A stretch of 64,000 bases of DNA, from the NCBI GenBank assembly GCA_033764315.1, contig JANRJA010000075.1:64001-128000 (forward strand), written 5' to 3'. The notes under the pieces are model-generated. The model ran no database searches and was not told the DNA's origin. It saw only the letters and a list, made by a program, of their open reading frames with translations. The DNA is from Oculatellaceae cyanobacterium bins.114. GTDB taxonomy: Bacteria > Cyanobacteriota > Cyanobacteriia > Elainellales > Elainellaceae. Of this stretch, positions 30,394 through 41,751 are shown in pieces. The translations under genes were made by a program, and so were the position numbers. Positions within the stretch are counted from its first letter, which is position 1. Every line of letters starts with the position of its first letter.

Positions 30394-31026
30394 TTAGTGT
30401 GTGATATAGATCACCCAATTCCTCAATTCCATTAAATAACGGGCGGCTAAAACCCCACCCCCAAAGCCAAAGAGATGACCTAGCCACGATACGCCCCGGC
30501 GAATGGGCAAAACCCCCCAGATCAAACTGCCATAGAGTAACCCAACTAAGATGGAAATTGCGATCGCGACCAGGCTGCGCTCAAAATAACCGCATAGCAA
30601 TAAGAAACCAAAATATCCAAACACCACCCCACTGGCACCGATATGGTTAGAGCGAGAGGAGGCAAAGAGCCACACCCCAATGCCACTGACCACCCACGCC
30701 GTTGCTGTGACCACTAGAAAGTCATTGAGACCCCGCAGCATCAGCAGCCCACCCAAAATCAAAAAAGGCATGGTATTTGCGGCTAAGTGTTTGAGATTGC
30801 CGTGCAGTAAAGGAGCCAGCAAAATACCCCATAAGCCTCTGATTTGGCGTGGACGAATACCAAAACTATTGAATGCCCCCCGCAACAAGACGCTATCAAT
30901 AATTTCTAGCCCCCATAAAAGTGCGAGACATCCCAGCAAAATTTGGGCTTGAAGCTGAACGCTGGGGGGAATCGTGCCTGATTGAAGTGCCTTCCAAATA
31001 AGTTGCAAGGAGTTATTTGTATTCAC
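30394..31026 (-). CDS. rhomboid family intramembrane serine protease
   Basis: LLHGNLKHLAAN, GASG, SWLGHLFG. Confidence 0.93.
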   Translation of the reverse strand: MNTNNSLQLIWKALQSGTIPPSVQLQAQILLGCLALLWGLEIIDSVLLRGAFNSFGIRPRQIRGLWGILLAPLLHGNLKHLAANTMPFLILGGLLMLRGLNDFLVVTATAWVVSGIGVWLFASSRSNHIGASGVVFGYFGFLLLCGYFERSLVAIAISILVGLLYGSLIWGVLPIRRGVSWLGHLFGFGGGVLAARYLMELRNWVIYITH

Positions 31027-31372
31027 TGTGGTTTGTTCTACACACCAAATTGCTAACCCAATTTACAGCAGTTTGGTTTCATTTGGCGGCGACCAGCCAA
31101 TCATCCATCCATCTCTTTAAGAGACGTTTAAGAGGCTATCTAATAAGACCCATTAAATATAGAAATTGCGCTGGATAAGGAGCTTGTGGAAATTGAGGAA
31201 ATCACTTGGCAATAGGATGGACGCTTTGTCCTCAAGCGAAACGCTCGCAATCCTCTTGCTGAATCACTTCTTTAACCTTCATAAACTCTGGTTTTACATT
31301 GATTTATGGATGCAAGCTCTATCTAGAAACGGGATAGGAACCTCAGCCATTCTAAAGCAGCTCTAAATCAGT

Positions 31373-31578
31373 TATAGCAGTCCTAAATCATTTGTGAGAT
31401 TGGCAGGTTGTGAGAGGTGCACCCCTCTCACAACCCATTTAGGATTGCTATATGAGATGACATTTTTAATAAAGGGCTTAATTTCCTGAATTCAAATAGG
31501 ATTGCTATATTTAGCAATTCCAAATGAGGTGGGTCTCTCACAACCCACCTATTTCACAACTCAAATAGGATTGCTATA
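31373..31578. repeat. cluster of TATAGC...AGGATTGCTATA palindromic repeats (one full, two partial)
   Basis: TATAGCAGTCCTAAAT/ATTTAGGATTGCTATA at 31373-31452; further AATAGGATTGCTATA ends near 31509 and 31578. Confidence 0.8.
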
Positions 31579-31759
31579 TTTATAGTCTGATAATATTCGG
31601 GAGAAGAGAGAAAATATTTAGATAACCGTCTAAATTTGGCTGGATTGTTTCCTGAGTTAAGAATCTTTCGGTACTATTCAGAAGACTCCAGTTGGTCAAA
31701 TGGCTCTATTACGGTTGCAAATAGGGCTGTATTAGGGGTGTCAATCTCAAGGAGGTTTT

Positions 31760-32866
31760 ATGGAGACATTGGCGTTTATTTATTCAGCTGTTGCTTACGC
31801 AGATCCTGCTTCCGAGTATCAACTGCGATCGCTTGAAGAGTTAGGAATTACCCTCTCATCCTCTGCCGGATTGGGGGTCGCTGGGGTGGTGTTATCGGTT
31901 TTTGCGGTTGCTCCTGATGCTCAAGCGATCGTTCAGCGAGGAGATACCTGTCCTGCTGTGCGAGATGTGCAGGCTACGCTTCAACGTCAAGGGTATGAGG
32001 TGGGTGGAGTCGATGGAATTTTTGGGGGAAAAACTGAGTTTGCGGTGGGTAGTTTTCAACGGCGCAATGGTTTAAATCCCACCTTTAAAGTAGATTCTGC
32101 TACTGCACAAGCGTTAGGGTTGAGTGGATCGGTGTATAACCCCAATACCCGATGCAGCAGTGTGGCCAGTATTAGCAATACCACTAGTCGCCCTACTAAC
32201 ACCAACTCAAATTCAAATAATGTAGCTGTCACGATCGCAACGAATGGTAGCCCCTTGAATGTTCGTTCTGCACCTAGCAGCGGCGCAGCCGTGATTGGCA
32301 CTTTACCTGATGGTGCCATTGTTAGAACCAATGGTCGTCGGTCTAATGGGTGGATTGGGCTAGAGCGAGGAGGATGGATTTCAGCAGATTGGGTTAGTAG
32401 TACTGGCGGTGGCGGAGGGGTTCCAAGTGTGGGCAATAGTACTCCACCCCAGACGGTGGCGGGGCAAGTGCGAGTGACGACGAATGGCAGCCCATTGAAT
32501 CTGCGATCGGGGCCAGGGACAAATTATCCTGTCACCGGGGTAATTGCTAATGGAGCAGTAGCAAACACCAGTGGACGCACTTCAGGCGGTTGGATTGAAC
32601 TATCGAATGGGGATTGGATCTCGTCCAGTTGGGTTGGCAGATCCTCTAGTCAGGTTGGCAGTAACACAGGCGGTGGCGGAGGAACTAACTCTGTCACGGT
32701 AGCAACGAATGGCAATCCCTTAAATGCTCGTTTTGGGCCTGGTGCTCGCTTTGAGGTTGCTGCTGTTTATCCAGATGGAACGTTGCTCAGAACATCAGGT
32801 CGAACTGAAGGTTCATGGATTCAACTTGTCAATGGGTTATGGATCTCTTCTGAGTGGGTCAATTAA
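31760..32866 (+). CDS. peptidoglycan-binding domain + three SH3-like repeats
   Basis: VDGIFGGKT PG_binding_1; three TNG(S/N)PLN.R..P...WI.L..G.WIS..WV repeats; AGGAGG RBS. Confidence 0.88.
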   Translation: METLAFIYSAVAYADPASEYQLRSLEELGITLSSSAGLGVAGVVLSVFAVAPDAQAIVQRGDTCPAVRDVQATLQRQGYEVGGVDGIFGGKTEFAVGSFQRRNGLNPTFKVDSATAQALGLSGSVYNPNTRCSSVASISNTTSRPTNTNSNSNNVAVTIATNGSPLNVRSAPSSGAAVIGTLPDGAIVRTNGRRSNGWIGLERGGWISADWVSSTGGGGGVPSVGNSTPPQTVAGQVRVTTNGSPLNLRSGPGTNYPVTGVIANGAVANTSGRTSGGWIELSNGDWISSSWVGRSSSQVGSNTGGGGGTNSVTVATNGNPLNARFGPGARFEVAAVYPDGTLLRTSGRTEGSWIQLVNGLWISSEWVN

Positions 32867-32873
32867 ACCCCAG

Positions 32874-33947
32874 TTAAGGATGGTCTATCTCAGGCAATGA
32901 AAAATCGAGGGGTGGGCGATCATTTGCCTGCTCTGTTTCTTTGACTTGCTCTGTTTCTTCTAAAGGAGTGTCTTGAACCCTGCGGAGCGTGTTGAGGGTG
33001 GCTAAAACTTGCGATCGCGTCATTCCAGGTTGCACCTCTGGACGATATAACAGGGAGATCAGAGTTTTATCTAACTCGGTATATTGGGTGACATCTGTCC
33101 AACCCTGATAAAAAATACTGCTTCTATAGGCGTAGGAGTCTTGCATTAAACCCAAAGATTGAGTTAACTCTTCGCGAATCAGGTGCGATCGCTCTTGTTG
33201 AGTCACACCATCGGTTGTGATCAAGACTCTGGCGCGATTGAGAATGTTGTCACGGTTCCACCATGTCCAAAAAAAGCCTAGATTACGAGGTCTATAGTTA
33301 GGCTCATATCGACTGAAACTTGACTCTGGAACAAAATAGATCTCAATATTGGGATTGGTGTCTACTAACTCCAATTGAATACTGCCGTGCGTCAACTCAT
33401 TAACATCGGCGATGACGGTTTCTAAGGTGCTCAAATCGTCGCTGGTAGGTGAGCCAAAATATTTGATTCTGACGTCTCCTTGCCATTTGCGAATGGCAGC
33501 ACTAGAGTTGCCAAATTCTCCCCCCAGTGCGACTGCAAGAAAATAATTAATTTGTTCCTGGCTATACCCATCGGGTGGGCGATCGGGTTGAGCCACAGGC
33601 CCAGGTGATAGTTGAGGGGTTGGGTTCACAGCCGGGGTCGGGTTCACTAAGGTCACAAAGTCGCCTCTTACCCATCCTTCGGTCTGAGAGTCTTGAAAGC
33701 GAACCCGATACCACTGATAACCATCGTTGCCCTGAGTTTGGTTAAGCACAGCAACGCGATCGCCCACCAGTCCATAGGCGGGTGCCGCCGCTTGCGTGGA
33801 GGGGGCACTGCGGATATTGATCGCACTGGATGGATCGCGTGCAGTTAAGATAGCTTCTTGAGCCAGAGCACTAGACGCTAGGGTGACACTCAATAGACTG
33901 AATATCGCTAACCCTAATAAGCTGAACCACCGGGGTTTAAAAGTCAT
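32874..33947 (-). CDS. secreted SH3 + DUF2927 (zincin-like) protein
   Basis: signal peptide, INIRSAPS...EGWVRGDFV, HLIREELTQSLGL. Confidence 0.8.
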   Translation of the reverse strand: MTFKPRWFSLLGLAIFSLLSVTLASSALAQEAILTARDPSSAINIRSAPSTQAAAPAYGLVGDRVAVLNQTQGNDGYQWYRVRFQDSQTEGWVRGDFVTLVNPTPAVNPTPQLSPGPVAQPDRPPDGYSQEQINYFLAVALGGEFGNSSAAIRKWQGDVRIKYFGSPTSDDLSTLETVIADVNELTHGSIQLELVDTNPNIEIYFVPESSFSRYEPNYRPRNLGFFWTWWNRDNILNRARVLITTDGVTQQERSHLIREELTQSLGLMQDSYAYRSSIFYQGWTDVTQYTELDKTLISLLYRPEVQPGMTRSQVLATLNTLRRVQDTPLEETEQVKETEQANDRPPLDFSLPEIDHP

Positions 33948-34311
33948 GGTCTTGGTTGTAGAGGCAAGATAGAAGAGCGTACAAGGATCTCTTTCCCAAT
34001 CACCGAGCCCTTGAGAATGGTTTTTAGTACATTTATACTAAAAATAGGCTGGGTTTGTGAAGTCCTATTTGGATCTATCTTGCCGACCCAAGGCGATGCT
34101 TGGGATAGACCTGGTTACACTCAATAAACTGGACAATCGCCCTTGGAAATGGGTCTTACCCGTGTGTAGGTCTAGGGATGCAGGGGAGAGGCGATCGCTG
34201 AGAAGGTTGAATTGGATCCCGTTTCTAGAAAATTGGGATACCCATCAATATCCCCGTCGGGACGTTTCGCGCAATGCCCCAACCGCTGATCTGTAACCGT
34301 TGCAGGTTTGC

Positions 34312-35634
34312 CTACTGTTGAGTCAGGGCTTGTAAAAATGCCTCGATCCCATCTACTGGAATAATCTGGGTGTTCAGCTGTGACGCGATCGCCTCTACCG
34401 TCATATCGTCTAAAAAACGAGAGTCATCATGTTTCAGCATCAGCGAGGGCAGAATGACCCCTGAACCCAGGTCTCGTCCTGCAAGAGCTTGCAAGATATC
34501 CTGTCCGGTAAGTAACCCAGTCACGCTAATGGCCTGTCCCCAATATTCACTGGCGATCGCCACCATCTCAACGGTCAGCCCTTGCACCTGGTTTAACCGC
34601 TCTAAAATAGGCTGAAACGCCGTTTCTACAGCATTTCCCACCACCCAAACATATTTGCGAGGAGACGTCACCTGTTGGGGCAACCGCTTAGCCGCCATTG
34701 CAAACTCCTTGAGGAACTGCTGAATTGACCCCACCCCATTGCCAATCTGTGGATAGTCTTCGTAGTGCGACTCTGGAGGCAACTCTTGCCTGCCAATCAG
34801 AAACCATTCGTCGGCTAACCAGGCAACGGTCGAGCCAAACTGATGGCGAAACTTAGTTTGTAATGTTTGTACCTGCGCGATCACCTCTTGTGCCTTTTCA
34901 GGTGTCACAGGGATCAACTCATCCTCCATTGGGCGAAAGCGTGTCAGCCCTACTGGAACAACGGCGATCGACGCGACCGTGGGCACCTCGCCTTTGTGAA
35001 AGGCTGCTAGATCTAACAAGGTTTGCTCTAGATGCACTCCGTCATTGATGCCTGGACACACCACCACCTGAGCATGAATCTGGAGTCGATGTTGTTGAAA
35101 CCAGCGCAGTTGATCTAAAATTTGCCCTGCTCGCAAGTTTTTAAGCAACCGAATGCGAATTTCAGGTTCTGTGGCGTGAACAGAAACATACAACGGGGAT
35201 AGCCGCATTTGAGCGATGCGATCCCACTCTCGCTGGGGCAGGTTGGTCAGGGTCAGGTAGCTGCCATAGAGAAAGCTGAGGCGGTAGTCATCATCCTTTA
35301 AATATAGGGTTTCTCGTTTACCGGGAGGCTGCTGATCGATAAAGCAAAAAGGACAGCGGTTGTTGCACTGAATCAACCCATCAAACAGAGCTGTTTCAAA
35401 CTCTAGCCCCAAGTCTTCGTCGTAGTCTTTCTCGATCTCGACGTGGTGGGTCTGCCCTTTGGCATCCAATACCTCAAGCTCTAACTCCTCATCTGCACAC
35501 AAAAATCGGTAGTCGATCAAGTCACGCGGCGACTGTCCATTAATAGCCACTAGGCGATCGCCCACCTCAAAGCCAATCTCAGCGGCAATCGAGTCGGGCA
35601 ACACACGTGAAATAACAGCAGGATGAAGGGTCAT
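34312..35634 (-). CDS. TIGR03279-family radical SAM protein (PDZ + DUF512)
   Basis: CNNRCPFCFIDQ, YLKDDDYRLSFLYG. Confidence 0.92.
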   Translation of the reverse strand: MTLHPAVISRVLPDSIAAEIGFEVGDRLVAINGQSPRDLIDYRFLCADEELELEVLDAKGQTHHVEIEKDYDEDLGLEFETALFDGLIQCNNRCPFCFIDQQPPGKRETLYLKDDDYRLSFLYGSYLTLTNLPQREWDRIAQMRLSPLYVSVHATEPEIRIRLLKNLRAGQILDQLRWFQQHRLQIHAQVVVCPGINDGVHLEQTLLDLAAFHKGEVPTVASIAVVPVGLTRFRPMEDELIPVTPEKAQEVIAQVQTLQTKFRHQFGSTVAWLADEWFLIGRQELPPESHYEDYPQIGNGVGSIQQFLKEFAMAAKRLPQQVTSPRKYVWVVGNAVETAFQPILERLNQVQGLTVEMVAIASEYWGQAISVTGLLTGQDILQALAGRDLGSGVILPSLMLKHDDSRFLDDMTVEAIASQLNTQIIPVDGIEAFLQALTQQ

Positions 35635-35755
35635 GATCGACGCACAAAAATAAAGGCTTGATTAGCAAAGCTTTGTTAGCGAAGCGGCTAGTCTCTTTAT
35701 CCATTGTGCAGAATTCATTGCCGAAACGAGCGGAATATTCTTAACCTTGCCATGA

Positions 35756-36727
35756 TTAAACGTTTTGCACTAGATTGGCAGCGATCGCCCCCAAGATAGC
35801 TACTCCAAAGCCCAAGCGATACCAGATAAAGATCCAGGTGTTATGGGTTTGGAGATAGCGCAATAACCAGGCGATCGCCACATACGAGGAAACTGCTGCT
35901 GTAATGACCCCAATCGCTAAAGGCAGCAACTCCGATCCTTGAATGCCAACTTCTAAGAGGGTTTTGAGTTCGACTAAGCCAGCGATCGTAATCGCAGGAA
36001 TGCCAAGTAAAAAGGAAAACCGTGCGGCGGCTCCTCGCTCTAAGCCAATTAACAATCCTGCTGTCAGGGTTGACCCAGAACGAGACACCCCAGGAACTAG
36101 AGCCAAGGTTTGAGCTAGCCCCATCCAAATGCCATCTTGAGTGCCGACATCCTCTAAGGTACGCTTCCGTTTGCCAACATACTCCGCGGCGGCCAGCAAT
36201 AACGACATGACAATCGACGCAGAGGCGATCGCTGCCATACTCCGCAGGGGCGATCGGTCAAAGTCTGGGATGAATACTTTGATCAAGACCCCGCCAATTA
36301 GAATTGGGATTGTTCCTAAAATAATGCCAAGCCCCATCCGAAAATCTCTGGACTCATAGTCTGAGCGCATCACGGCTTGAACCATACCAACAGTAACCTG
36401 GGTTAGATCTGACCAGAAATACCACAAAATGGCGGCGATGCTGCCCAGTTGAATCACAGCCGTAAACGCCACACCGGGATCACCCCAGCCCATCGCAACC
36501 GGAACGACTTTGAGATGGGCCGTGCTACTAATCGGCAAAAACTCAGTCAACCCTTGAACAACTCCTAAAACAGCAGCCTGAAACCAATTCATGACAGCCG
36601 TGCTAGTAGAAGCCGTTGAGGAGGTATCGGTTGTTGCAGTGCCCAACAGGAATGAAAGGGGGGACGTTTTAATCGCTGCAACTCCTGTTGGTGCTATGTA
36701 ACGTGCACCACAATAAACAAGACTCAT
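35756..36727 (-). CDS. uppP: undecaprenyl-diphosphate phosphatase (BacA)
   Basis: QGLTEFLPISSTAH, PGVSRSGST. Confidence 0.95.
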   Translation of the reverse strand: MSLVYCGARYIAPTGVAAIKTSPLSFLLGTATTDTSSTASTSTAVMNWFQAAVLGVVQGLTEFLPISSTAHLKVVPVAMGWGDPGVAFTAVIQLGSIAAILWYFWSDLTQVTVGMVQAVMRSDYESRDFRMGLGIILGTIPILIGGVLIKVFIPDFDRSPLRSMAAIASASIVMSLLLAAAEYVGKRKRTLEDVGTQDGIWMGLAQTLALVPGVSRSGSTLTAGLLIGLERGAAARFSFLLGIPAITIAGLVELKTLLEVGIQGSELLPLAIGVITAAVSSYVAIAWLLRYLQTHNTWIFIWYRLGFGVAILGAIAANLVQNV

Positions 36728-37057
36728 ACCATTCTCCTCAACTAAACAGGGGTGAAACCAGGGTAATGTCGTGTGCCTGAGGCTCTTAACCGATTTAAAG
36801 AACTGCCACTGAATCAGGCTAAAGAGGCTTAACGGGCCTAGCCTACTCCACTAAGGTTGTTACTAGCCCCTATATTCTACGCAGCGTCTGATTAAGAACC
36901 TGCAAAGTTTTTGGCTTCCTTTGCAATTCTGGTGAGAGATTTAGCATGGCGCGCATCGAATGAAGGGAAATGTATTAGGATGGTGGATATACCCCCTGGG
37001 GGGATAAAACTGTGATATGTTAAAAAAGGTAAACTAATTTAAGATATTAAAAAACCT

Positions 37058-37774
37058 TTGTCATCTTATTCACCTTTCTCAACATTGTTGTACTTAGCCT
37101 CTTCAGAAGATGTGTCTCTGACCGTCCCCCAGACGCGTCTTCGTAAAACCTGGTGGGTGCTTGCCGCCGCTGTTTTTCTAGTATCCGTTCCGGTCTTTAT
37201 TCAAGCTCCCCTCGTCCGCGAATTTCCCTGGCTGAGTCTAGGGCTAACGATTGGGTTTGTTGGGCTAAGTCTATGGCTGCGATCGCGCTCTACTAGCTTC
37301 GTCTGGGGAGATTTGTTACTTGGCTTTAGTTGGACTTGGCTGGCTGGCTCAATCTATTGGGGTTGGCTGCGCTGGGAGCCATTTTGGCATTTGCCAATTG
37401 AGGCGATCGGCTTGCCTTTTGTGGTATTTGCTCTAGCGAAAGGGTGGGGCAAAATTGGCGGTTGGTTCTATTTAGGCTCTTTGTTTGGCACCGCTTTGAC
37501 AGACATCTATTTTTACTTAGTTGACCTGATCCCCTATTGGCGAAAGTTGATGCAGGTGCCTCTAGAGGAGGCTCAACCTGTCTTTCAAGGGGCGATCGCT
37601 CAGATTCAAACACCCTGGGGAATAGCGACAGCGATCGCACTTGTTACTATTTTGTTGGTGGTAGGGTATTTGCCTTTGCGCTCAAGTCAGTTACACTGGT
37701 GGGCATTTGGAGGGGCCGTTTTAAGTACCATCTTCGTAGATGGTTTGTTTTGGTTTGCTGCTACCATAGCCTAA
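37058..37774 (+). CDS. DUF3120 family membrane protein
   Basis: FLVSVPVFIQAPLVR, WGWLRWEP.WHLPIEA, GTALTD.YF. Confidence 0.85.
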   Translation: MSSYSPFSTLLYLASSEDVSLTVPQTRLRKTWWVLAAAVFLVSVPVFIQAPLVREFPWLSLGLTIGFVGLSLWLRSRSTSFVWGDLLLGFSWTWLAGSIYWGWLRWEPFWHLPIEAIGLPFVVFALAKGWGKIGGWFYLGSLFGTALTDIYFYLVDLIPYWRKLMQVPLEEAQPVFQGAIAQIQTPWGIATAIALVTILLVVGYLPLRSSQLHWWAFGGAVLSTIFVDGLFWFAATIA

Positions 37775-38001
37775 CTAAGGATATGATTTGAGTATCCTGG
37801 GCTAAATTTAGAGGCAAATTTGTTCAGGGCATCTGCATAGCATCCCTGAGAGGTCATCCGTCTACAAAACTCCGCTGAATATTGAGTGACACAGCTTGAT
37901 TGCTTTGAAGAATCACGCCATTCAGTGTTTGTAGACTCGCACTAGCTTTAGCTAGGGATTTCAGGATGCATCATAGGGAAAGATTACTGGTTTCTTAGCC
38001 T

Positions 38002-38997
38002 GTGGTGACTTCACAACAACCCGTTCCCCACTTGATACTCCGTACCGAGTCAGGCAACCGTTACCTCTCATTAACTAGCAGTAATTGCTGGACCGTTGGC
38101 AGAGGAGAGGACAACAATTTTGTGCTGCCTGACCGTTGGATTTCCCGTAACCACGCGATGTTGCAGCGAATGGAGACGGGCGAATTTTATTTGATTGATT
38201 TAGGTAGCCGCAATGGTTCCTTTGTCAATGGTCGTCGTGTGACTGTTCCCATTACGCTGCATAATGGCGATCATCTGACCTTTGGCCAAACTGAGTTGGA
38301 ATTTTATTCGCCTGATATTGAGCACTTGACTGATCCCTCCGTTGGGATGGAGTCCTCTCAAGAATTTACGGCAACGGCTACACTCCATGTGCGTCGGTTG
38401 ATTTCGGTGCTGGTTGTCGATATTCGTGATTTCACGGTGATGACTCGCCAGCTTGATGAAAAGATTTTGTCAGAGGCGATCGGTACCTGGTTCCGCTGTG
38501 CGGGCGACATTATTCGAGAATATGGTAGCTGGGTCGATAAATATATTGGCGATGCCATCATGGCCGTGTGGATTCATGGGCCTCAAGGCGTTAGCCCTGA
38601 TGAAATGGTTCGCATTGCACGGGCGTTGAGTGCGTTGCATAAGATGACCAGCCAGTTGCATGAGCGTTATCCCCTGCCTTTCCCGGTGCGGGTTGGGGCA
38701 GGATTAAACACGGGTTATGCGATGGTGGGGAATGCGGGTACAGGCGATCGCCCCGATTACACAGCCCTTGGCGATACGGTAAATGCGGCGTTTCGTTTGG
38801 AGTCATCCACTAAGCAAATTGGCAAAGATGTGGCTCTTGGCGAGACGACCTATCAATATTTGATGGAGTCAGGAGCTAATCCGACGTTGTTTAAGCAACA
38901 CAAGGTGATTATGAAGGGGTATGACACCCCGATGTTGACGTATGCTTCATCCTTTGTGGATTTGGACGCGTTTCTGCAAACTAGCAAAAAGGTCTGA
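38002..38997 (+). CDS. FHA domain + class III adenylate cyclase
   Basis: FHA (GR, ISRNHA, SRNGSFVNG); cyclase DIRDFT, KYIGDA, TALGDTVNAAFRLES. Confidence 0.93.
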   Translation: MVTSQQPVPHLILRTESGNRYLSLTSSNCWTVGRGEDNNFVLPDRWISRNHAMLQRMETGEFYLIDLGSRNGSFVNGRRVTVPITLHNGDHLTFGQTELEFYSPDIEHLTDPSVGMESSQEFTATATLHVRRLISVLVVDIRDFTVMTRQLDEKILSEAIGTWFRCAGDIIREYGSWVDKYIGDAIMAVWIHGPQGVSPDEMVRIARALSALHKMTSQLHERYPLPFPVRVGAGLNTGYAMVGNAGTGDRPDYTALGDTVNAAFRLESSTKQIGKDVALGETTYQYLMESGANPTLFKQHKVIMKGYDTPMLTYASSFVDLDAFLQTSKKV

Positions 38998-39241
38998 TCG
39001 AGTCATCAGGCTTTTAAGGGTTTGGTGTTATCTCGATCAATGGCAGGAGGGATAGTTGACAAACCCCCATTGATGGCGTGCTGTACTTAGAGCTCAGGGA
39101 ATGCGATCGCCATCCTGCAAATGACATAAATCAAATTTTATGTCGTCGCTAAAACACCCCTCCTCAAGTGGTAGGCTCTAATAAGTGCTGTGTATAGATT
39201 TTGATTCGACATAAGCAATTGGATTGGGAGGGATTGAATCA

Positions 39242-39670
39242 ATGAAACGACTGGTTGGTGCGCTGATGGCGTTGGGGCTATTAGTAGTAGTCAGTACCCT
39301 GGGATGGTTTGGATTGCCTCAGCCTGCAATAGCAGCCAATTGGAATGCCTTAACCTTCGGTCAATCAACACTGGTTGTAGCAGAAGCTCGCTATAACGTT
39401 GGTGAAAAATTGGCAACAGGCAACAAAATTGACTTGAACAATACGAACGTTCGGACATTTAGAGATTACCCCGGCATGTATCCTACTCTGGCGCGGATGA
39501 TTCTCAAATATGCTCCATTTGACACAGTTGAAGATGTGCTTGATATGCCTGGATTGACTGATCGCCAAAAGGAAATTCTGCAAGCTAATCTAGATAACTT
39601 TGTGGCTACCTCTCCTGAGGATGCTTTGGTAGAAGGGGGCGATCGCTTCAACAACGGTATTTATCGTTAG
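39242..39670 (+). CDS. psbU: photosystem II 12 kDa extrinsic protein
   Basis: signal peptide, [22 protein letters not shown]. Confidence 0.97.
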   Translation: MKRLVGALMALGLLVVVSTLGWFGLPQPAIAANWNALTFGQSTLVVAEARYNVGEKLATGNKIDLNNTNVRTFRDYPGMYPTLARMILKYAPFDTVEDVLDMPGLTDRQKEILQANLDNFVATSPEDALVEGGDRFNNGIYR

Positions 39671-39732
39671 TCCTTAGCGCAATTAATAGTGATTTAAGGA
39701 TTAACCCTGACTTCAGTCAGTTAATTAAGAGG

Positions 39733-39792
39733 TCAGCATTCGTGGGTTTAATCGTCTCTTTAGAGAGGCAACCAGCGAGTGCTGATTTTTTT
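39733..39792 (+). terminator. hairpin/intrinsic terminator after psbU
   Basis: TCAGCATTCG...CGAGTGCTGA stem followed by a T tract. Confidence 0.65.
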
Positions 39793-39833
39793 TATTGTAT
39801 TAAACCGCTTGCAGATTCAGGTGGGCAGGTATA

Positions 39834-41537
39834 ATGCATCCACCTCAATTACAGATTACGGATAATTTAAAGTTGCCAGACTCAACATTACCGACCCAGT
39901 TTGATGTGCTCGTTGTGGGTGGAGGTGCGGCTGGGTTATACGCTGCTCTTTGCCTTCCTGCTCAGGTTCGAGTGGGTTTAATTACCAAAGACACTTTGTC
40001 GTTGTCGGCGAGTGACTGGGCACAAGGAGGCATTGCAGCCGCGATCGCCCCTGATGATTCTCCTCAGTTTCACTTAGAAGACACACTGAAGGCAGGGGTT
40101 GGATTGTGTGAACCTGAAGCGGTCAAGCTATTAGTCGAGCTTGCCCCTAGTTGTGTGCGATCGCTAGTTGAGATGGGGGTGGCGTTTGATCGACAGGGCA
40201 ATGATCTGGCATTGACCCTAGAAGCGGCTCATTCTCGACGACGGGTGTTACATGCGGCTGACACGACTGGGCGAGCGGTGATTACAACGCTCACGGCTCA
40301 AGTCCTTGCCCGTCAAAATATTCAAGTTTTTTCACAAGCCTTTGCCCTTGACCTGTGGATGCAAGCCTCCCAATGCACTGGGATTAGCGTGCTATGTCAG
40401 GGCAAGATCTTGTGGTTGCAAGCCAATGCAGTGGTGCTAGCAACAGGCGGAGGGGGACAGGTCTTTGCTCAAACGACAAATCCTGAACTAAGCACTGGAG
40501 ATGGCGTCGCCATAGCCTGGCGATCGGGGACTGAACTGCGAGATCTAGAGTTTGTGCAATTTCACCCTACGGCGTTGACTAAGGCGGGTGCTCCTCGCTT
40601 TTTAATTAGTGAAGCGGTGCGTGGTGAAGGTGCCCATTTAATTGATGCTGAAGGGCGACGGTTTGCTTTTGATTACCACCCTGCTGGAGAACTCGCTCCA
40701 CGCGACATTGTCAGTCGTGCCATTTTTAGTCATCTTCAAAAAACGGCTCCTGATCCTGCATCTGCCTATGTCTGGCTTGATCTAAGACCCATTCCAGCCG
40801 ATAGAATTCGCCATCGCTTTCCTAACATTATTCAAGTCTGTCAGAGGTGGGGGATTGATGTGTTTCAAGAGCCAATTCCAGTAGCACCCGCTGCTCATTA
40901 TTGGATGGGTGGCATCACAACCAATTCTTTGAGTCAAACAACCATTCCCCAACTTTATGCAGTTGGCGAAAATGCCAGCACGGGGGTGCATGGGGCAAAC
41001 CGTTTAGCGAGCAACTCGCTATTGGAGTGTTTGGTCTATGGTGCGCAATTGGGCTTGCTGACGTTACCTGCTGTCCAGGTATTCAAAGAACAGCCTCCCT
41101 TAATGAAGACTGATGTTTGGCGTCAGTGGCAGTCAGACCAAGCATCTATAACAACTTGGCGGCAAGCCTTGCCTCGATTGGTATGGCAAAGTGCTGGTAT
41201 TTGCCGAGAGCAACGATCGCTGGATGAGGCGATCGCTCAAATAGAAACATGGCGCAAGGAATTTGCCTTACTCTCTCTCAGCCAAAGCCTGACCAACCTG
41301 GAGCAGGGGCAACCGATAGATCTGGGCAGTGCTGACGGTGATCAATATCTGCGATTATGGGGAGAAACCCGTAATTTGCTAGATATTGCGTACCTAATCC
41401 TCAAAAGCTCTGCATTCCGTACTGAGAGTCGAGGCGGCCACTATCGATCAGATCATCCTGAAACAGATCCTAGTTGGCAAACTCATACCCTAGTCAACCA
41501 TGACCACTGGTCAAAATCTGAACGAGTTGAGCCTTAA
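39834..41537 (+). CDS. nadB: L-aspartate oxidase
   Basis: GGGAAG, SDWAQGGIAA, EFVQFHPT, HGANRLASNSLLE, ESRGGH. Confidence 0.97.
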   Translation: MHPPQLQITDNLKLPDSTLPTQFDVLVVGGGAAGLYAALCLPAQVRVGLITKDTLSLSASDWAQGGIAAAIAPDDSPQFHLEDTLKAGVGLCEPEAVKLLVELAPSCVRSLVEMGVAFDRQGNDLALTLEAAHSRRRVLHAADTTGRAVITTLTAQVLARQNIQVFSQAFALDLWMQASQCTGISVLCQGKILWLQANAVVLATGGGGQVFAQTTNPELSTGDGVAIAWRSGTELRDLEFVQFHPTALTKAGAPRFLISEAVRGEGAHLIDAEGRRFAFDYHPAGELAPRDIVSRAIFSHLQKTAPDPASAYVWLDLRPIPADRIRHRFPNIIQVCQRWGIDVFQEPIPVAPAAHYWMGGITTNSLSQTTIPQLYAVGENASTGVHGANRLASNSLLECLVYGAQLGLLTLPAVQVFKEQPPLMKTDVWRQWQSDQASITTWRQALPRLVWQSAGICREQRSLDEAIAQIETWRKEFALLSLSQSLTNLEQGQPIDLGSADGDQYLRLWGETRNLLDIAYLILKSSAFRTESRGGHYRSDHPETDPSWQTHTLVNHDHWSKSERVEP

Positions 41538-41751
41538 ACTAATCCCGATTTAAACGGACTTTAGGACACATCAAAGTGCAGCAGGGGCTTAACATGGCTA
41601 AGCTCGTACAGTGCTCTGTCGTGATTTCAATTTAAATTGATGTACCAACTGTCAAGACCCTTGGTACAAGAGGGGGTGGCAGCTAGGGATGGATCTCTGC
41701 ACCCTGTCCTAGCCAACTCTTCAGTTGTTATATAACAAACCAGACTTTAAA

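Noticed and set aside
36760..36900. cobalamin riboswitch suggested by ACTGCCACTG upstream of uppP
   Set aside because: The other B12-box elements are absent and the motif is on the strand opposite to uppP.
37010..37056. RpaB HLR1-like repeats upstream of DUF3120 (and of hemH)
   Set aside because: Too degenerate in AT-rich DNA to support.
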